DNA of 64,000 bases from Blepharisma stoltei ATCC 30299 (taxonomy: Eukaryota > Protista > Ciliophora). Position 1 is the stretch's first letter. Every line of letters begins with the position of its first letter. Below are positions 38,495 to 52,323 of the stretch, piece by piece. The translations under genes were made by a program, and so were the position numbers. The notes under the pieces are model-generated. The model was not told the DNA's origin, did not search any database, and saw only the letters and a program-made list of their open reading frames with translations. The stretch spans positions 434,001 to 498,000 of the forward strand of contig CBFDEM010000017.1 in assembly GCA_965603825.1 (NCBI GenBank), in the 5' to 3' direction.

Positions 38495-41400
38495 ATGCTT
38501 TTCGATAGTGCAGACTCTGAGATAGAGTATCCGCATAATCAAGAATATTTGTCGAAACATTTTAAAATAGACAAAAATCATTTTTTTGAAGTCTTTGGGA
38601 AGATTTTTGAAGCTGAGTATAAACTCGGTTTAAAACGACAAATAAGGGTTGAAATATTTATTAATATAGTGATAACTTTGCAAACTACATCAATTATTTG
38701 ATACCCAGATTTAGGAATTTCAGACTGGAGATCATATATGGAATTCTGAAAAATGATAGGGATTATTAACTACGATAAGGCAGGCGCATTATTTGGATTG
38801 CTAGACTTCTGTTATTATGGAATAGTTTCCATTAATGGAGTTTTTTGTGTGCTTTTGAGTATATTTTTGATTTTATACTATCTTGAAAAAAAGCCACCAA
38901 ATGTTGTGGTATTATTTTTAAGAAAAATAGCGAAAATAATTTCAACTGTTAGCTTTATCCCAATAGTATTGATTTTTCTTACTGTATTGAAATATTCGAT
39001 TTTCAGTTTCAGTTTAGTTGAAGAATTAGACAACACAGATGCAAGTCAGATTGATTTTGGAATAATTGGGGTTATTTTCTCAGTATTCTTTTTACTATTG
39101 ACAATTCTGATTGCATTTTTATATGAAATATTTTCATGTGACATTTGCCATATGAACTTCAATAAAAATATAAAAGCGAAATCCAGCACTAGCTTAGATC
39201 TACAAAGGCAATCATTCTTCATATTTATGTGTGCTTCTTATGTTTGCTTTGATAGTAAGTATGCTATTTATCATCAACTTATTTGCTTTCTCTTATCATT
39301 TTTATTAGAAATTAAAACAATATGATCTTTACAATACTTTAACTGTATTGAAAATACAATCCAAGCCTGCAAAATGGGATCAATATCTTTGACGCTTCTG
39401 ATATTTATTTTTGGAGAATTATTAGACAATTCTCTCTTGATTTTGGTTTTCACTCTAATTTTTCAACCAATCCTACTTTTTTATCTAATATTTTATACTT
39501 TAAAAAGTTATAAAAATACTAAAGATTATGATAATAGTTCAAGAAATCAATTTGATTTTGAAAGAAAATATCGCCTATTGCTAATTAATCCAAATCCAGA
39601 CAATAAATATCAAATTTTGAAATTATTTGACAAACAGTGAAAAATGATCCATTTTAAGAAAAACAAACTATTTGTGATATGGGAGTTTAATTTTTGTATT
39701 TATATATTAAATGATGAAAGACTAGCCAGAGTGAAGCTCACTAAGTTAGCTTTGTGTGAAAATAGCTTTGAAGGAAATTTCCAAGAGTGAAAAGTGCTTA
39801 ATTGGCTGAAAAATAGTGAGGGTAGGGAGTTTCCTGAGATAAAGTATTTAGAGTTCTTACAAAAGTTTGGGAAATTAAAAGAACGTGATGAAGAACTATG
39901 CTATTTAATTATAAAATTGCAAACTGAGTTTGCATCTAGAGCACCAAGGATTCGCTGATTGGAAAAATTGTCAACGAAAACAGCAAAAATAATGCAAAAA
40001 GTTAATGAGGGATATAAAATAGACACAGAAAAATATAAAAACACTGAGACTGTTAGCCTATACGCAAGTTTTTTAAAAAATATACTAAAGAATTATAATG
40101 ATTCAATTTTATTAGAAAAAAAGAGAAGTCAGATTGATTATACGCTTCGAAAAGACTACTATTTGGAGAAATATGGAAGTCAAATCGGAATATTACTTAT
40201 ATCATGCGAACAGAATTCTTTTGGAAATATTATTTATCTTAATGATATGGCTTCAGAGATATTGAAATTGTCTATGAATGAAATTTGTGGAAACTCAATA
40301 TTTAGTTTTATCCCTAGTTCTTACAGAATCAGCCATGAAAAACTTATGAAAAAGTTTGTTAACGATTCAAAAAGCGTACAAATTCCATGTCATAACTATT
40401 TATTTTTCGAAAGTCAATATGGCTTTCTTATAGAATGCGATGCGCTGATAAAATTAACTGCATTTTATAATAATTGCTTTTATTTAATATCATTCAATCA
40501 AAAGCAAGCACCCAGGCAATTTGCATTAATTTCGGAAGAAGGGATAATAATAGGCCATTCAGAACTTTTTTCAAATTGTTTAGGATGTAATTTCCAATGT
40601 ATTAAAAACAAAAATATTTCTGAAATTTTCCCTTTTATTGGCATGAATAAATTAACAGAAAATCTGCCATGAGTAGAAACAATAAAAGGTAAAGATATTG
40701 GTTTAATATATATTAAGAAAATTATAAGGGAGGAAATACTTAATGTTTTATATGTGATTGATAATGAATCAGAAATTAAAAAAATCGAAAATTTTAATGA
40801 TTCATGCAATGTGAAAATTTCCTTCACATTTGAACAAAATGAGGATTGCCCTCAGATTAATGAAATTCCTCACGAAAATAAATCAGAAGCTAAAAAGCTG
40901 CAAATATTATTCGAAAACGTTGAAGAAACTTCACATATCGAATGCGATACTGATTTTACACAACAGAATCAGATATTTTCAGATAATAAAATCTGCAATC
41001 CTTCATCTCTTACACGAAGTAGTATTTATTTAGAACAGTTAAAAAATTTGATTTTTAAATCAAAGCAAAAAATAGCCACGCTTAAGTGTGTCCTATTTAT
41101 TGTGGTAAAAAATATTTAGACCCTAGCTGCCATAATCACTATGTTTTCAATTATGGGATATATTATAAACGATGTATATTTAACATCCTCTATGATAATT
41201 TTTCGAAATTTAGGAAACCTACTTTATAATATAGGCTTGTCAGCTGATATTGCAAGAACCATAGTTAAGTCAATTGGTTACCAAATTGATTATTCTTCGC
41301 AAAATGCTCCATTTTTAAATGCTATGTACGAACTGCAAACTATTCAAAATAATATTTTATCAGATTTTAAGAAATGAGAGTTTTGTGCTGCCTCAAATAT

Positions 41401-42634
41401 TGTAACTGATTCTTTGATTCCATTATGGACTTTCGATGAAAATTTGCCAAAAATAATCAATAAAAACATGTATAACGCAATAGAAAGTTTTGTATTTCAC
41501 GTAAGCGGTATTTAGATAAAAAGCATGATTTATGCCCTAGAAAATAATCAAACTTATATCAATCATGCTAAATTTCTAATTATTAATGGAATAGGCCAGA
41601 CTTATGATTATTTTAATCATACTATCCTAGATTTAGAAAATTGTGCTGTGAATCGTATAGAGACAATAGGAGATATAATCTATACCTTGATTTTTTGAGG
41701 GTTTGCCGCGCTTGGGATCTTATTGTTAATCGTTTTTATATTTATTTATCTTACTGCAAAAAAAATTGATGAATTTTGGAATTTTTTTATAAAAAGCACA
41801 CAAATTCAATTAATGAGATTAAAAACTGAAGCCATAGAAAGGCTTGGATATGCTCATAATACTGAGGTAAATATCGAAGAAAGTATAAATTCAAGCTTGA
41901 ATAAAAAGAAGCACAGAGTACGGACGTTGATTGAGATAAATTTTACGTGGAGAATTCTTGTATTTTTTATTATATCTGCTTCGTATTATTTTGTGATATA
42001 TTTTTATTTATATCCAGACTGTCAAAGCTATATGAAAAATAGGCCGAGATTATTAAATAATTTTAATATAAGAAGGTCTTTAGTTTCAAGGGTATGCATG
42101 CTATCTAGAGATGTCTATACTCCTTGATTCAATAAAAATTTTTTATTATCCTATGGCTTTGCGAACTCAAATTTTCTTGTGGATCTCAATGCAAAAATCC
42201 TTAGAGAAAAAAATAAAGAACTTCGAGAAGAAAAACTCATGAAAATGATGTCTAAAGAGCTGAAGCAAAGGATTTTTGAAAGCACCAATACTACGACCCC
42301 AATATTAAAATTTGGCACTGATACAGCGGTGGAGATTTCTATTTATGATTCTACGAATATTGCGTATACATCTTATATTCCTGCAGAACTTATATTAAAA
42401 TATGTAGCTTATTTGCAAATAGTTCAAAATAATATTGGTATAGAATTTGAGTTAGCCGATAATGATTCTTATAATGCTATAAATTATCAGTTGAATATTA
42501 TTATAGCAACTACTGCAGTATACTCAATTATCTTCTGTGCACTATTTTTTATTTATTATTTGCCGTTTCTTCATTATCAAATAAAGCTGCTTAATTTGCT
42601 TTCATACCTGATTGAGGTTCTAGCAATAGATTAG
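38495..42634 (+). CDS. TmcB-like PAS membrane protein, copy H (~1365-1370 aa)
   Basis: Eight track ORFs in one frame. Introns 41105-41119 and 41501-41515; candidate 41019-41033. Confidence 0.82.
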
Positions 42635-43065
42635 CAATTCATTTAAATTTAATTATTTATTTTAAAATAAAAGCAAATTTAATTAAAATATGAAAAATTT
42701 ATTCCTTAATTTTATATTAAAGCAGTTATGGGATTATTTTTATATTGCAGATATATGGCAAAGCTAAATGTAATTTAATCAGTTATAATTTTATTGTTGA
42801 CTGTTAATACTTGTGCTTTATAATTTTAGATAAAAGAATTGAGTTAATTTTCATTTTTACTGATACACCAATAATCAAAGTTGATTAAGTGAAAGTTTTT
42901 TTATTCTATATACAATCTCCTTTATAACTATTTTTTGATATTTATTTAATTATATAACGATTCTTTGCCTTAGTATCCTGATATTTAGCAACTTCCATAG
43001 CAAAGTCATATGAATTTGCGTATATATATTAGTTAATAATTACTTTATAATTAAATCTGATAAAA

Positions 43066-46000
43066 ATGTTCTTCCATAGTGCTGGTTATGAAAAGGAGTA
43101 CCTAGAAAATCATGAACATTTATCTGAGTATTTTAAAACGAGTAAAAACTACTTTTTTGAATTTTTTGGGAAGATGTTTGATATAGAATACAGTGATAAG
43201 TTATCATATAAGCTACAATTGAAATACGAAATTGCAATTAATATAAGTATAACACTCCAAGCTGCCTCTATTATATGATACCCAAATCCAGAAATTTCTG
43301 ATTGAAGCTCTTACAAACAATTTTGAAATATGATAGGGATTATTAATTATGATTTAGCTTGTGCATTGCTTGGACTGTTAGAGTTTTGCTATTACGGAAC
43401 AGTTTTTGCTATAGGCACTTGCTTCAGCTATTTTGTTATATTTTTTGTTTTCTTTTATCTCGAGAAAAGTCCACCAAAGATTTTGGTTGCATTTTCTATT
43501 AAAATTGTTAAGATAATCTCTACTATTTGTTTCATTCCTTCCATTATGATTTTACTAACTGTTTTGAAATATTCAATTATCAGCTCGAATTCAGTAGATG
43601 AATTAGATAACACAGACACAAAAATCCTTGATTTTGGGACAATTGGAATAATTATTTCGATATTTTGCTTAATTGTATTAATCGCTATGGCCATTTTATA
43701 TGAATTTTTCACTTGCGATATAAATCATGCAAATTTTAAAAAAAATATAAAAGCAAGGTCTTTTGCAACTTTAGATTGTCAAAGGCAGATATTTTTTGTA
43801 TTTATGTGCATTTCTTATGTTTCTTTTGGGAAAAAATATTCAGTTTATCACCAGATTATTTGCTTTTTAAGTACATTTTTGTTGGGAATTAAGTCCATAA
43901 GATTTTTGCATTATTTTAATTACATAGAAAATGCAATCCAAGTCTGTAAAATGGGCTCGATATCTTTAACACTGCTGATATTTATTTTTGGAGAATTGCT
44001 AGATAATTCCCTCATAATTCTTGTTTTCACTTTAATTTTGCACCCAATTTTGCTTATTTTTCTTATAAAATTTACTCAAAAAAACTACAACAATTTAAGC
44101 AGCAATACAGAAACTCCTAATAACCAATTTGATTTTGAAAAAAAATTCCGCTCTTTATTGACAACTCCAAATATTGACGATAAATATCAGATTATAAAAT
44201 TATTCAGCAAGCACTGAAAAGTGATTCATTTCGATAAAAACAAGCTCTTTGTATTATGAGAGTTTTATTTTTGCATTTCTATAATAAACGACCAAAGATT
44301 AGCAAGGGTAAAGCTAACAAAACTAGCTTTATGTGAAACTAGCTTCGAAGGGGATATTCAAGAATGAAGAGTTTACAATTTTTTAAAAAATAAAGTATGC
44401 ACTGAATTTCCGGAAATTATGTATTTGGATTATATACAAGAAGTCCAAATGTTAAAAGAACATGATGAAGAGCTATGCAATTTAATCATCCAGTTACAGA
44501 CTGAATTTGCATCCAGAGCTCCATTGATGCGTTCTCTAATAAATTTATCAACCAAAACTTCAAAAATTTTAAAAAAAGTAAGTGAAGGATATAAATTCGC
44601 TGCAGAAAAATATAAAAACACTGAAACTTTGGAAATATATGCAAGCTATTTAGAAAATATTTTAAAAAATCGTAAAGAAGCAAATTTAATAAGAAAAAAG
44701 AAAAATGGGATTGAATATTCTTACCAAAGGGATATTGGCTTAGAAAAATATGGAAATCATGCAGGGATATTAATTATTTCCTGTCAGGAGGGTTCTTTTG
44801 GGCATATTATTTACCTTAATGAAAAAGCTTCAGAAATATTGAAAGTGTCTATGGCTGACATCCACGGAAGTTCAATTTTTAATTTTTATCCTCACTCGTA
44901 TGGAAAAAATCATGAAAAACTTATGAGAAAGTTCATTCACCATTCAAAAACTGTAGAAGTTCCTAATCATCACAATTTATTTTTTCAAAGCCAGTTTGGC
45001 TTTCTTTCAGAGTGCAAAATGGTAATAAAATTGACTGCTTTTCATAATTGCTGCTATTATTTAATTTCTTTTCAGCAAAAACGTACTCAGAGACAATTTG
45101 CTTTAATTTCTGATGAAGGGATTATACAAGGCCACTCAGAATATTTTTCTTTTTACTTAGGCTATAACTCCAAATATGTTAAAAATGTTCACATCTCTGC
45201 AATTTTCCCATTTATTGATGCAGATAACTTAAAAGTGAATCAGCCATGACTTGAAAAAATTCAAAATAAAGAAGTTTGTCTCATATATACAAAAAAAATA
45301 ATGAAGTCTAAAACTCTTAATGTTTTATTTGTTATTGATAATTGAATAGAGGCACAAAAATTAAAAGAAGGAGATGAGCCAAAAACATTTATATCTCTAA
45401 AAACAGGTGAAATTATTGAAGATAATTATCAAATAAATGAAACCTTTTTAGAAAATAAAGAAACAAGCAAGCCACTAATATCTTTTAAAAGTGTTGAAGC
45501 CTCAACGCCAAAATCTTATGAAATTGACGATAATTCTCCACAAAGTCGATTATCTTCAGATAACAAAATGACGAAATCATATTCGTCAACTATATTAAGT
45601 AAAATTTATCTAGAACAGTCGCAAGACTTAATAATACAGTCGAAGAAAAAAATAAAAGCACTTAAATGGGTATTATTTATTGTGGTAAAAAGTATATTAG
45701 ACTTTAACAGTTATACTTACAATGGTCTCAATTATGGCGAATATTGTAAGTGATGTAAATTTAACCTCTTCAATGATGATTTTTCGAAACCTAGGAAACC
45801 TGCTTTATAATATAGGATTAACAGCTGATTCTGCTAGAACAATAGACAAGTCAAAAATGTTTAATCTTGACTATTCTTCTCAAAAAGCTCCTTTTTTGAG
45901 TATATTGCAAGAAATCCAAACCATTCAAAACACCATTTTATCTGATTTTGAAAACTGAGAATTTTGTTCTGTCTCTGACATAATTTATGATCCCCTGATC

Positions 46001-47215
46001 CCTATATGGTCTTTTGATGGAAAATCACCCAAAATACAATATGAAAACATGTATAACACTTTAGAAATTTTCTTACTGCATGTAAATTATATATAGGCTA
46101 GAAGCATGATGGACGCGCTCAATAATAACAAAACATATAAAACATATGCTAAATTTCTAATCCTAAACGGATTAGGGCAAACTTATGATTATTTTAACCA
46201 TACTATATTAAGTTTAGAAGATTGTGCAGTCAATCAAATCGAATCTATTGGAGACGTAATAAATACCTTATTGATATGAGGATTTTTTACTCTTGGAATT
46301 TTATTAGCAATTATTTTTGTGTTTATTTATTTAGCAGCAAGAAAAATTGATGAATTTTGGAATTTTTTTATTAAAAACTTGCAAATACCTATGATGAAAT
46401 TAAAAAGCGAGGCCATGGAAAGGCTAATATATGCTCACAATACAGAAGCAAACCCTGAAGATAGTGCTAGCTCTAGTCGCATTAAGAAAAAACGAAAAGT
46501 CCGGACATGAATAGAAATCAATTTTACCTGAAAAATCCTATTATTTATCATTATTTCTGCATCTTATTATTTTTTGCTTTATTTTTATTTATACCCAGAT
46601 TGTCAAAGCTACATGACAAATCGGCCAAAATTATTGAACGTTTTTAATATAAGGCGATCCTTAGTCTCAAGACTCTCCATTTTTGCAAGAGATTTATATA
46701 GCCCTTATTTTTCTAAAACCTTTTTGTCATCATATGGGTTCCCAAATTCTTCTTATATGATGTATTTAAATGCTGAAATCCTCAAAGAAAAAAATAAAGA
46801 GCTTAGGAAAGGGAAATTCATGAAAATTATGTCAGGCCAGCTAAAACAAAGAATTTTTGAGAGCAGTAATCTGACAAGCCCAATATTAAAATTTGGTAGC
46901 GAGACTGCTGTTGAAATTTCTAGCTATGATACAATTAATGTTGCGTATTCTCCTTCTTTACCTCCTGCAGTAGTTCTTAATTATGTATCTGTTTTGAAAG
47001 TGGTTCAAAATTATATTGATATAGAATTCCAATTAGCTGATCATGATTCCCATATCATTATAGATTCTCAGTTAAATATTATTATAGCAGCAACTATTAT
47101 TTACTCAGTCATTTTCTGTGGACTTTTCTTTATTTATTATTTGCCATTTCTACAATATCAGATAAAGGTGCTTAATTGGCTTTCATTCTTGATTGAAGTA
47201 ATTGCAGCTGAATAG
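43066..47215 (+). CDS. TmcB-like PAS membrane protein, copy I (~1370 aa)
   Basis: Introns 45685-45700 (16 nt, explains the frame change to ORF 45722) and 46082-46096 (15 nt); candidate 45599-45613. Confidence 0.82.
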
Positions 47216-47836
47216 ACTATAAAATAAAATCAAAATTCCTATAGTACCGTATATGCATATAAATATAATTTATTATTATTGTGATGGTGCTGCCGAGAAT
47301 TAATAATTTTAGTCTAATAAATGGATTCTAAATTCAAATAAATTTTTAATTAATAGTTCTTAGATTTAAATATTAGTCATTTAATTTAGAAGAAAAAAAT
47401 TATATTCAAAGAGCAATAAATCTAAGAAAAAACTCATAAAAATCGCTATAAAATTCGGAATAAGTAATTTAAAACTAAATATCTAATAAATCTTAATAGT
47501 TTTAATAAATTTATTTAAAATTTATTTCGTGCTTGCCTAATAGAATTAGATTTATTTAAAATTATCATAGTTATAGAAGTAAATTCCAGTAAATAATAAT
47601 TTGAAAAAAGTAAATCCCTTCAATAAATTTAATTAAGAAATTGTGTTGAAGTATTTTTTTTTCTTAAATTTGAATTGAAACATTTAATTTATTGATATTT
47701 TAAATTTTAATAACCATTTGGTGTAGGACAATCAATAAGTTATAAAGCTCACTATATTTCATATCTGTATACGTTAATTAGTCCTAGCATTATTGACTTG
47801 CTTAAAACCATCTTTTAATTATTATTCTCATAATAA

Positions 47837-50800
47837 ATGTTCTTCCATAATGATGACATAGAAAAGGAATACTTACAAAGCCAAGACCACCTCTCCAAAT
47901 ATTTTTTTACGAGTAAAAATTACTTTTTTGGGTTCTTTGGGCAGATTTTTGAGGCAGAGTATAGCGATAAATTATCATTTAAACAGCAGCTGAAGTATGA
48001 AATCGTTGCAAACATAGTGACCACTCTTCAAGCAACTTCTATCATTTGATATCCAAATTTAGAAATTTCAGAATGAAGCTCTTATAAGGAATTCTGAAAA
48101 ATGATAGGAATTATTAATTATGATCATGCTTGCGCGTTATTTAAGATGCTGGAAATTTGCTACTATGGAACGATTTTTTTAATAGGAATTTGTTGCATTT
48201 CTTTTGGAATATTTTTGGCTTGCTTTTACCTTAGAAAAGACCCATCTAATGTTTTAGTGCTTTTTATAAGTAAAATTGTTAAGATGCTTTCAACATTATT
48301 TTTGATTCCTTCTATTATGATTTTCCTTATTGTTTTAAAATATTCAATTTTTAGTTCAAATTCAGTTGATGAATTAGACGATATTGGCACCAATGATGTC
48401 AATTTTGGTATAATTGGGATAATTATTTCAGCTTTTTGCTTACTTATATTAGTTTTTTTGATGGTTTTGTATGAAATTTTTTCGTGTGATATAAATCATT
48501 CAAATTATAATAAAAATATTAAGGCTAGGGCATGCGCAACTTTGGATTTGCAAAGGCAGCTATTTTTTATATTTATGTGTATATCTTATGTTTGTTTTGG
48601 AAAAAATTTAGCAATTTACCATCAAATTATTTGCTGTATTTACACATTTTTGTTGGGAATCAAAGCCACAAGATTTTATCCGTATTTTAATTATATTGAA
48701 AATGCTATCCAAGCCTGCAAAATGTGATCAATTACTTTAACATTACTGATTTTTATTTTTGGAAATCTATTAGACAACTCTCTCATAATTTTTGTTTTTT
48801 CCCTAATTTTACAGCCAATTTTACTTCTCTTTCTTATTAACTTTACATCAAAAAGATACAAAACTCATGGTAACGATTTAAATGACCCAGAAAATCAATT
48901 TGATTTTGAAAGAAAATATCGTACCTCGCTAACTAATCCAAATCCCGACGAAAAATATCAAATATTAAAGCTATTTAGCAAGCATCAAAAATTGATTTAT
49001 TTCAATAGAGATAAGCTATTTGTGATATGAGAATTTAATTTCTGCATTTCCGTTATCAATGATGAAAGACTTGCCCGAGTAAAGCTAACTAAACTAGCTT
49101 TTTGTAAAAATAGCCTTGAAGGAGATGTCCAAGAATGGAGAGTTTATAACTGGCTAAAGACTACAAAAGGCTTCGAATTTCCTGAGGTGTTATATTTAGA
49201 GTACTTGCAAGATATTGGGATATTAAAAGAGCGTGATGAGGAATTATGCAATATTATCATACAATTGCAAACTGAATTTGCATCTAGAGCTCCAAAAATG
49301 CGGTCCCTAGTAGAACTGTCAACAAAAACATCAAAAATCTTGTATAGAGTGAATGAAGGGTATAATATGGCTGCTGAAAAATATAAAAATTCAGAAACTT
49401 TTGATTTATATGCAAGCTATTTGGAAAGGATATTAAAGGACCATAGAGAAGCAAATAGAATAAAGAAAAAAGCCAGCAGGGTTGATTATTCATATAGAAA
49501 AGATAACTTACTAGAAAGATATGGAAACCATATCGGGATATTGCTGATTTCCTGTCAAGATAGCTGCTTTGGGAATATTATTTATATGAACGAAAAAGCC
49601 TCAGAAATATTAAAATTGCCTATGATAGAAGTCTATACTAGCACAATTTTTACCTTTCTTCCGCATCTATATGGTAACACTCATGAAAAACTTATGAAAA
49701 AATTTATCAATCATTCGGAAAGTGTAGAAGTCCCATTTCATAATCAATTGTTCTTCCAAAATCAATATGGGTTTCTTACAGAATGCAATATGCTTATAAG
49801 ACTAACTGCTTTTCATAATAATAGCTATTTTCTTATATCTTTTCAACAAAGGCATACTCAAAGGCAATTTGCATTGATTTCTGATGAAGACGTAATATTA
49901 GGCCATTCAGAATTTTTTTCTAACTGTTTAGGCTGCTCTTCAAAATACGTAAAAAATAGCTACTTTGCCGATTTATGTCCTTTTATAGACATTGATAAGC
50001 TTAAAGAAAATAAATCACAAAAAGCAAATATCAATAATAAAGAAATGTGCTTTATATATGCTAAAAAAACAATTAGAAATGAAAGACTTAATATTTTATG
50101 TATAATTGACAATGACTCAAAAATAAAAAAATTCGAAAAAGATAAGCAAGAAAATCGACATGAGAATCCTAAATCTTGAATAGCATATGAGAAAATTGAA
50201 GATGGATCTCTAGAAAGTGAACATAATAAAGAAACTAAAGAAAAAACGTCTAAATCTCAAATATCATTTAAAGATGTTGAAGATGCTTTACTTAATACCC
50301 ACGATAATTCTCCAAAACATCATATATCTTCAGACGATCAAGTTAGCAAATCTTCATCAGCTATTCTAAGTAAAATTTATTCAGAACAATCGCAAGATTT
50401 AATTTTGAAGTCTAAGAAGTGGATAACGATACTTAAGTGGGTGCTATTTATTGTGGTAAAAAATAAACAGACTCTAGCTGTCATAGTAACAATGGGCTCA
50501 ATCATGGCCAATATTGTGAATGATGTAAATTTAACCTCATCAATGATTATTTTTCGAAACCTAGGAGATCTTCTATATAATATTGGATTAACCGCTGATT
50601 CCGCAAGAACGATCGACAAAGCAAAAATGGCTAACTTTGATTATTCAGCTCAAATAGTAATATTTGCAAATGTAATGAAAGAAATCCAAACCATTCAGAA
50701 TGACATTTTATCTGATTTTGAGCATTGAAAGTTTTGCTCTGCTTATGATGTTACGACTCATCCTTTGATCCCAATGTGGTCTTTTGATGAAAAATCACCG

Positions 50801-51985
50801 TATGTAATATACGAAAATATGTATAACGCTATAGAAAGTTTTTTATTTCATGTAAATCATATTTAGATACGAAATATGAACGATGCATTGAAAAATAACA
50901 AAACATATAAAATGCATTCTAAATTTTTGATCCTTAATGGATTAGGCCAAACTTATGATTCTTTAAATCATACAATATTAGATTTAGAGGACTGTGCAAT
51001 TAGCCAAATAGAATCGATAGGAAATTTGATATATTTACTGATATTGTGGGGAATAATAATCCTTGCAATTTTGTTCGGGACTATTCTTTTATTTATTTAT
51101 CTTACAGCAAGAAAAATAGATGAATTTTGGAATTTTTTTATAAAAAAATTCCAAATCTCTATGATGAAATTAAAAAGTGAAGCCATGGAAAGGCTTATAT
51201 ATGCTCACAATACGGAGGCAAGTCCTGAAGAAAGTGTTAACACAGGTCGAATTAAAACAAAACGAAAAGTTAGGACTTGGATAGAAATTACTTTTACTTG
51301 GAAAATCCTTATATTTGTCGTTATTTCTGCGTCGTATTATTTTTTGATGTATTTTTATCTGTACCCAGACTGCCAAAGCTATATGATAAATAGGCCAAAA
51401 CTTCTGAATATATTTAATTTAAGGAGATCTTTAGTTTCCAGAGTAAGTATTTTTTCCAGAGATGTATATACTCCTTATTTCAAAAATAACTTTATATCAT
51501 TATATGGCTTTGCTAATTCTCACACTGTGACAGATGTGGACGTTAAAATCCTTAAAGAAAAAAATAAAGAACTTCGCGAGGAGAAATTCATGAAAATCAT
51601 GTCAAAGGAATTGAAAGAAAAAATTTTTGAGAGCAGCAATTTAACACATCCGCTGCTGAAGTATGGCTCTGAAACTGCTATTGAAATATCAATTGATGAT
51701 AATTATTATATTGCTGCCAACCCTACTCTGCCACCACTTGGTGTTTTTCAATATGTGGCAGTTCTTCAAATACTACAAAATAATATTGATATGGAATTTC
51801 AATTAGCTGATGGAGATTCCCATGATGCTATAGAACGTCAATTGAATGTTATTATAGCTACCACTGCGATTTATATAATAATTTTTTGTGGGCTTTATTT
51901 TATTTATTATTTGCCATTTCTCCATTATCAAATAAAGCAACTTAATTGGCTTTCGTATTTGATTGAGATATTGTCCACAGAATAA
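47837..51985 (+). CDS. TmcB-like PAS membrane protein, copy J (~1370 aa)
   Basis: ORFs 47837, 48101, 49187, 50405 and 50876 are in one frame. Introns 50456-50470 and 50852-50866; candidate 50370-50384. Confidence 0.82.
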
Positions 51986-52323
51986 ATTATAATATTAACA
52001 AATAATTTATAGAAGACTACTATTCATATTTTTATCATCAAATAATTTTATCAAGAAAATAATGAAATTAAAACTATCTTTAAGGTATTCTTTTAGTAAT
52101 TAAAAAATATAATATTTTTTGACTGTGGTTAGACTCCTATTATTGCTATTAAGAGTTATGATGCTTTTATATTATCTTAAATTTCTTAGTATATAAATAA
52201 ATTAAAATTAAACTAAACAAATAAAAGGATAGTTGAAGTTTGTAATGCATCATTTTGAGATATATTAATATTATTTAAGATAAGCCAAAATAAATATTTA
52301 ATTAATAATTATTTGCAATAAAT

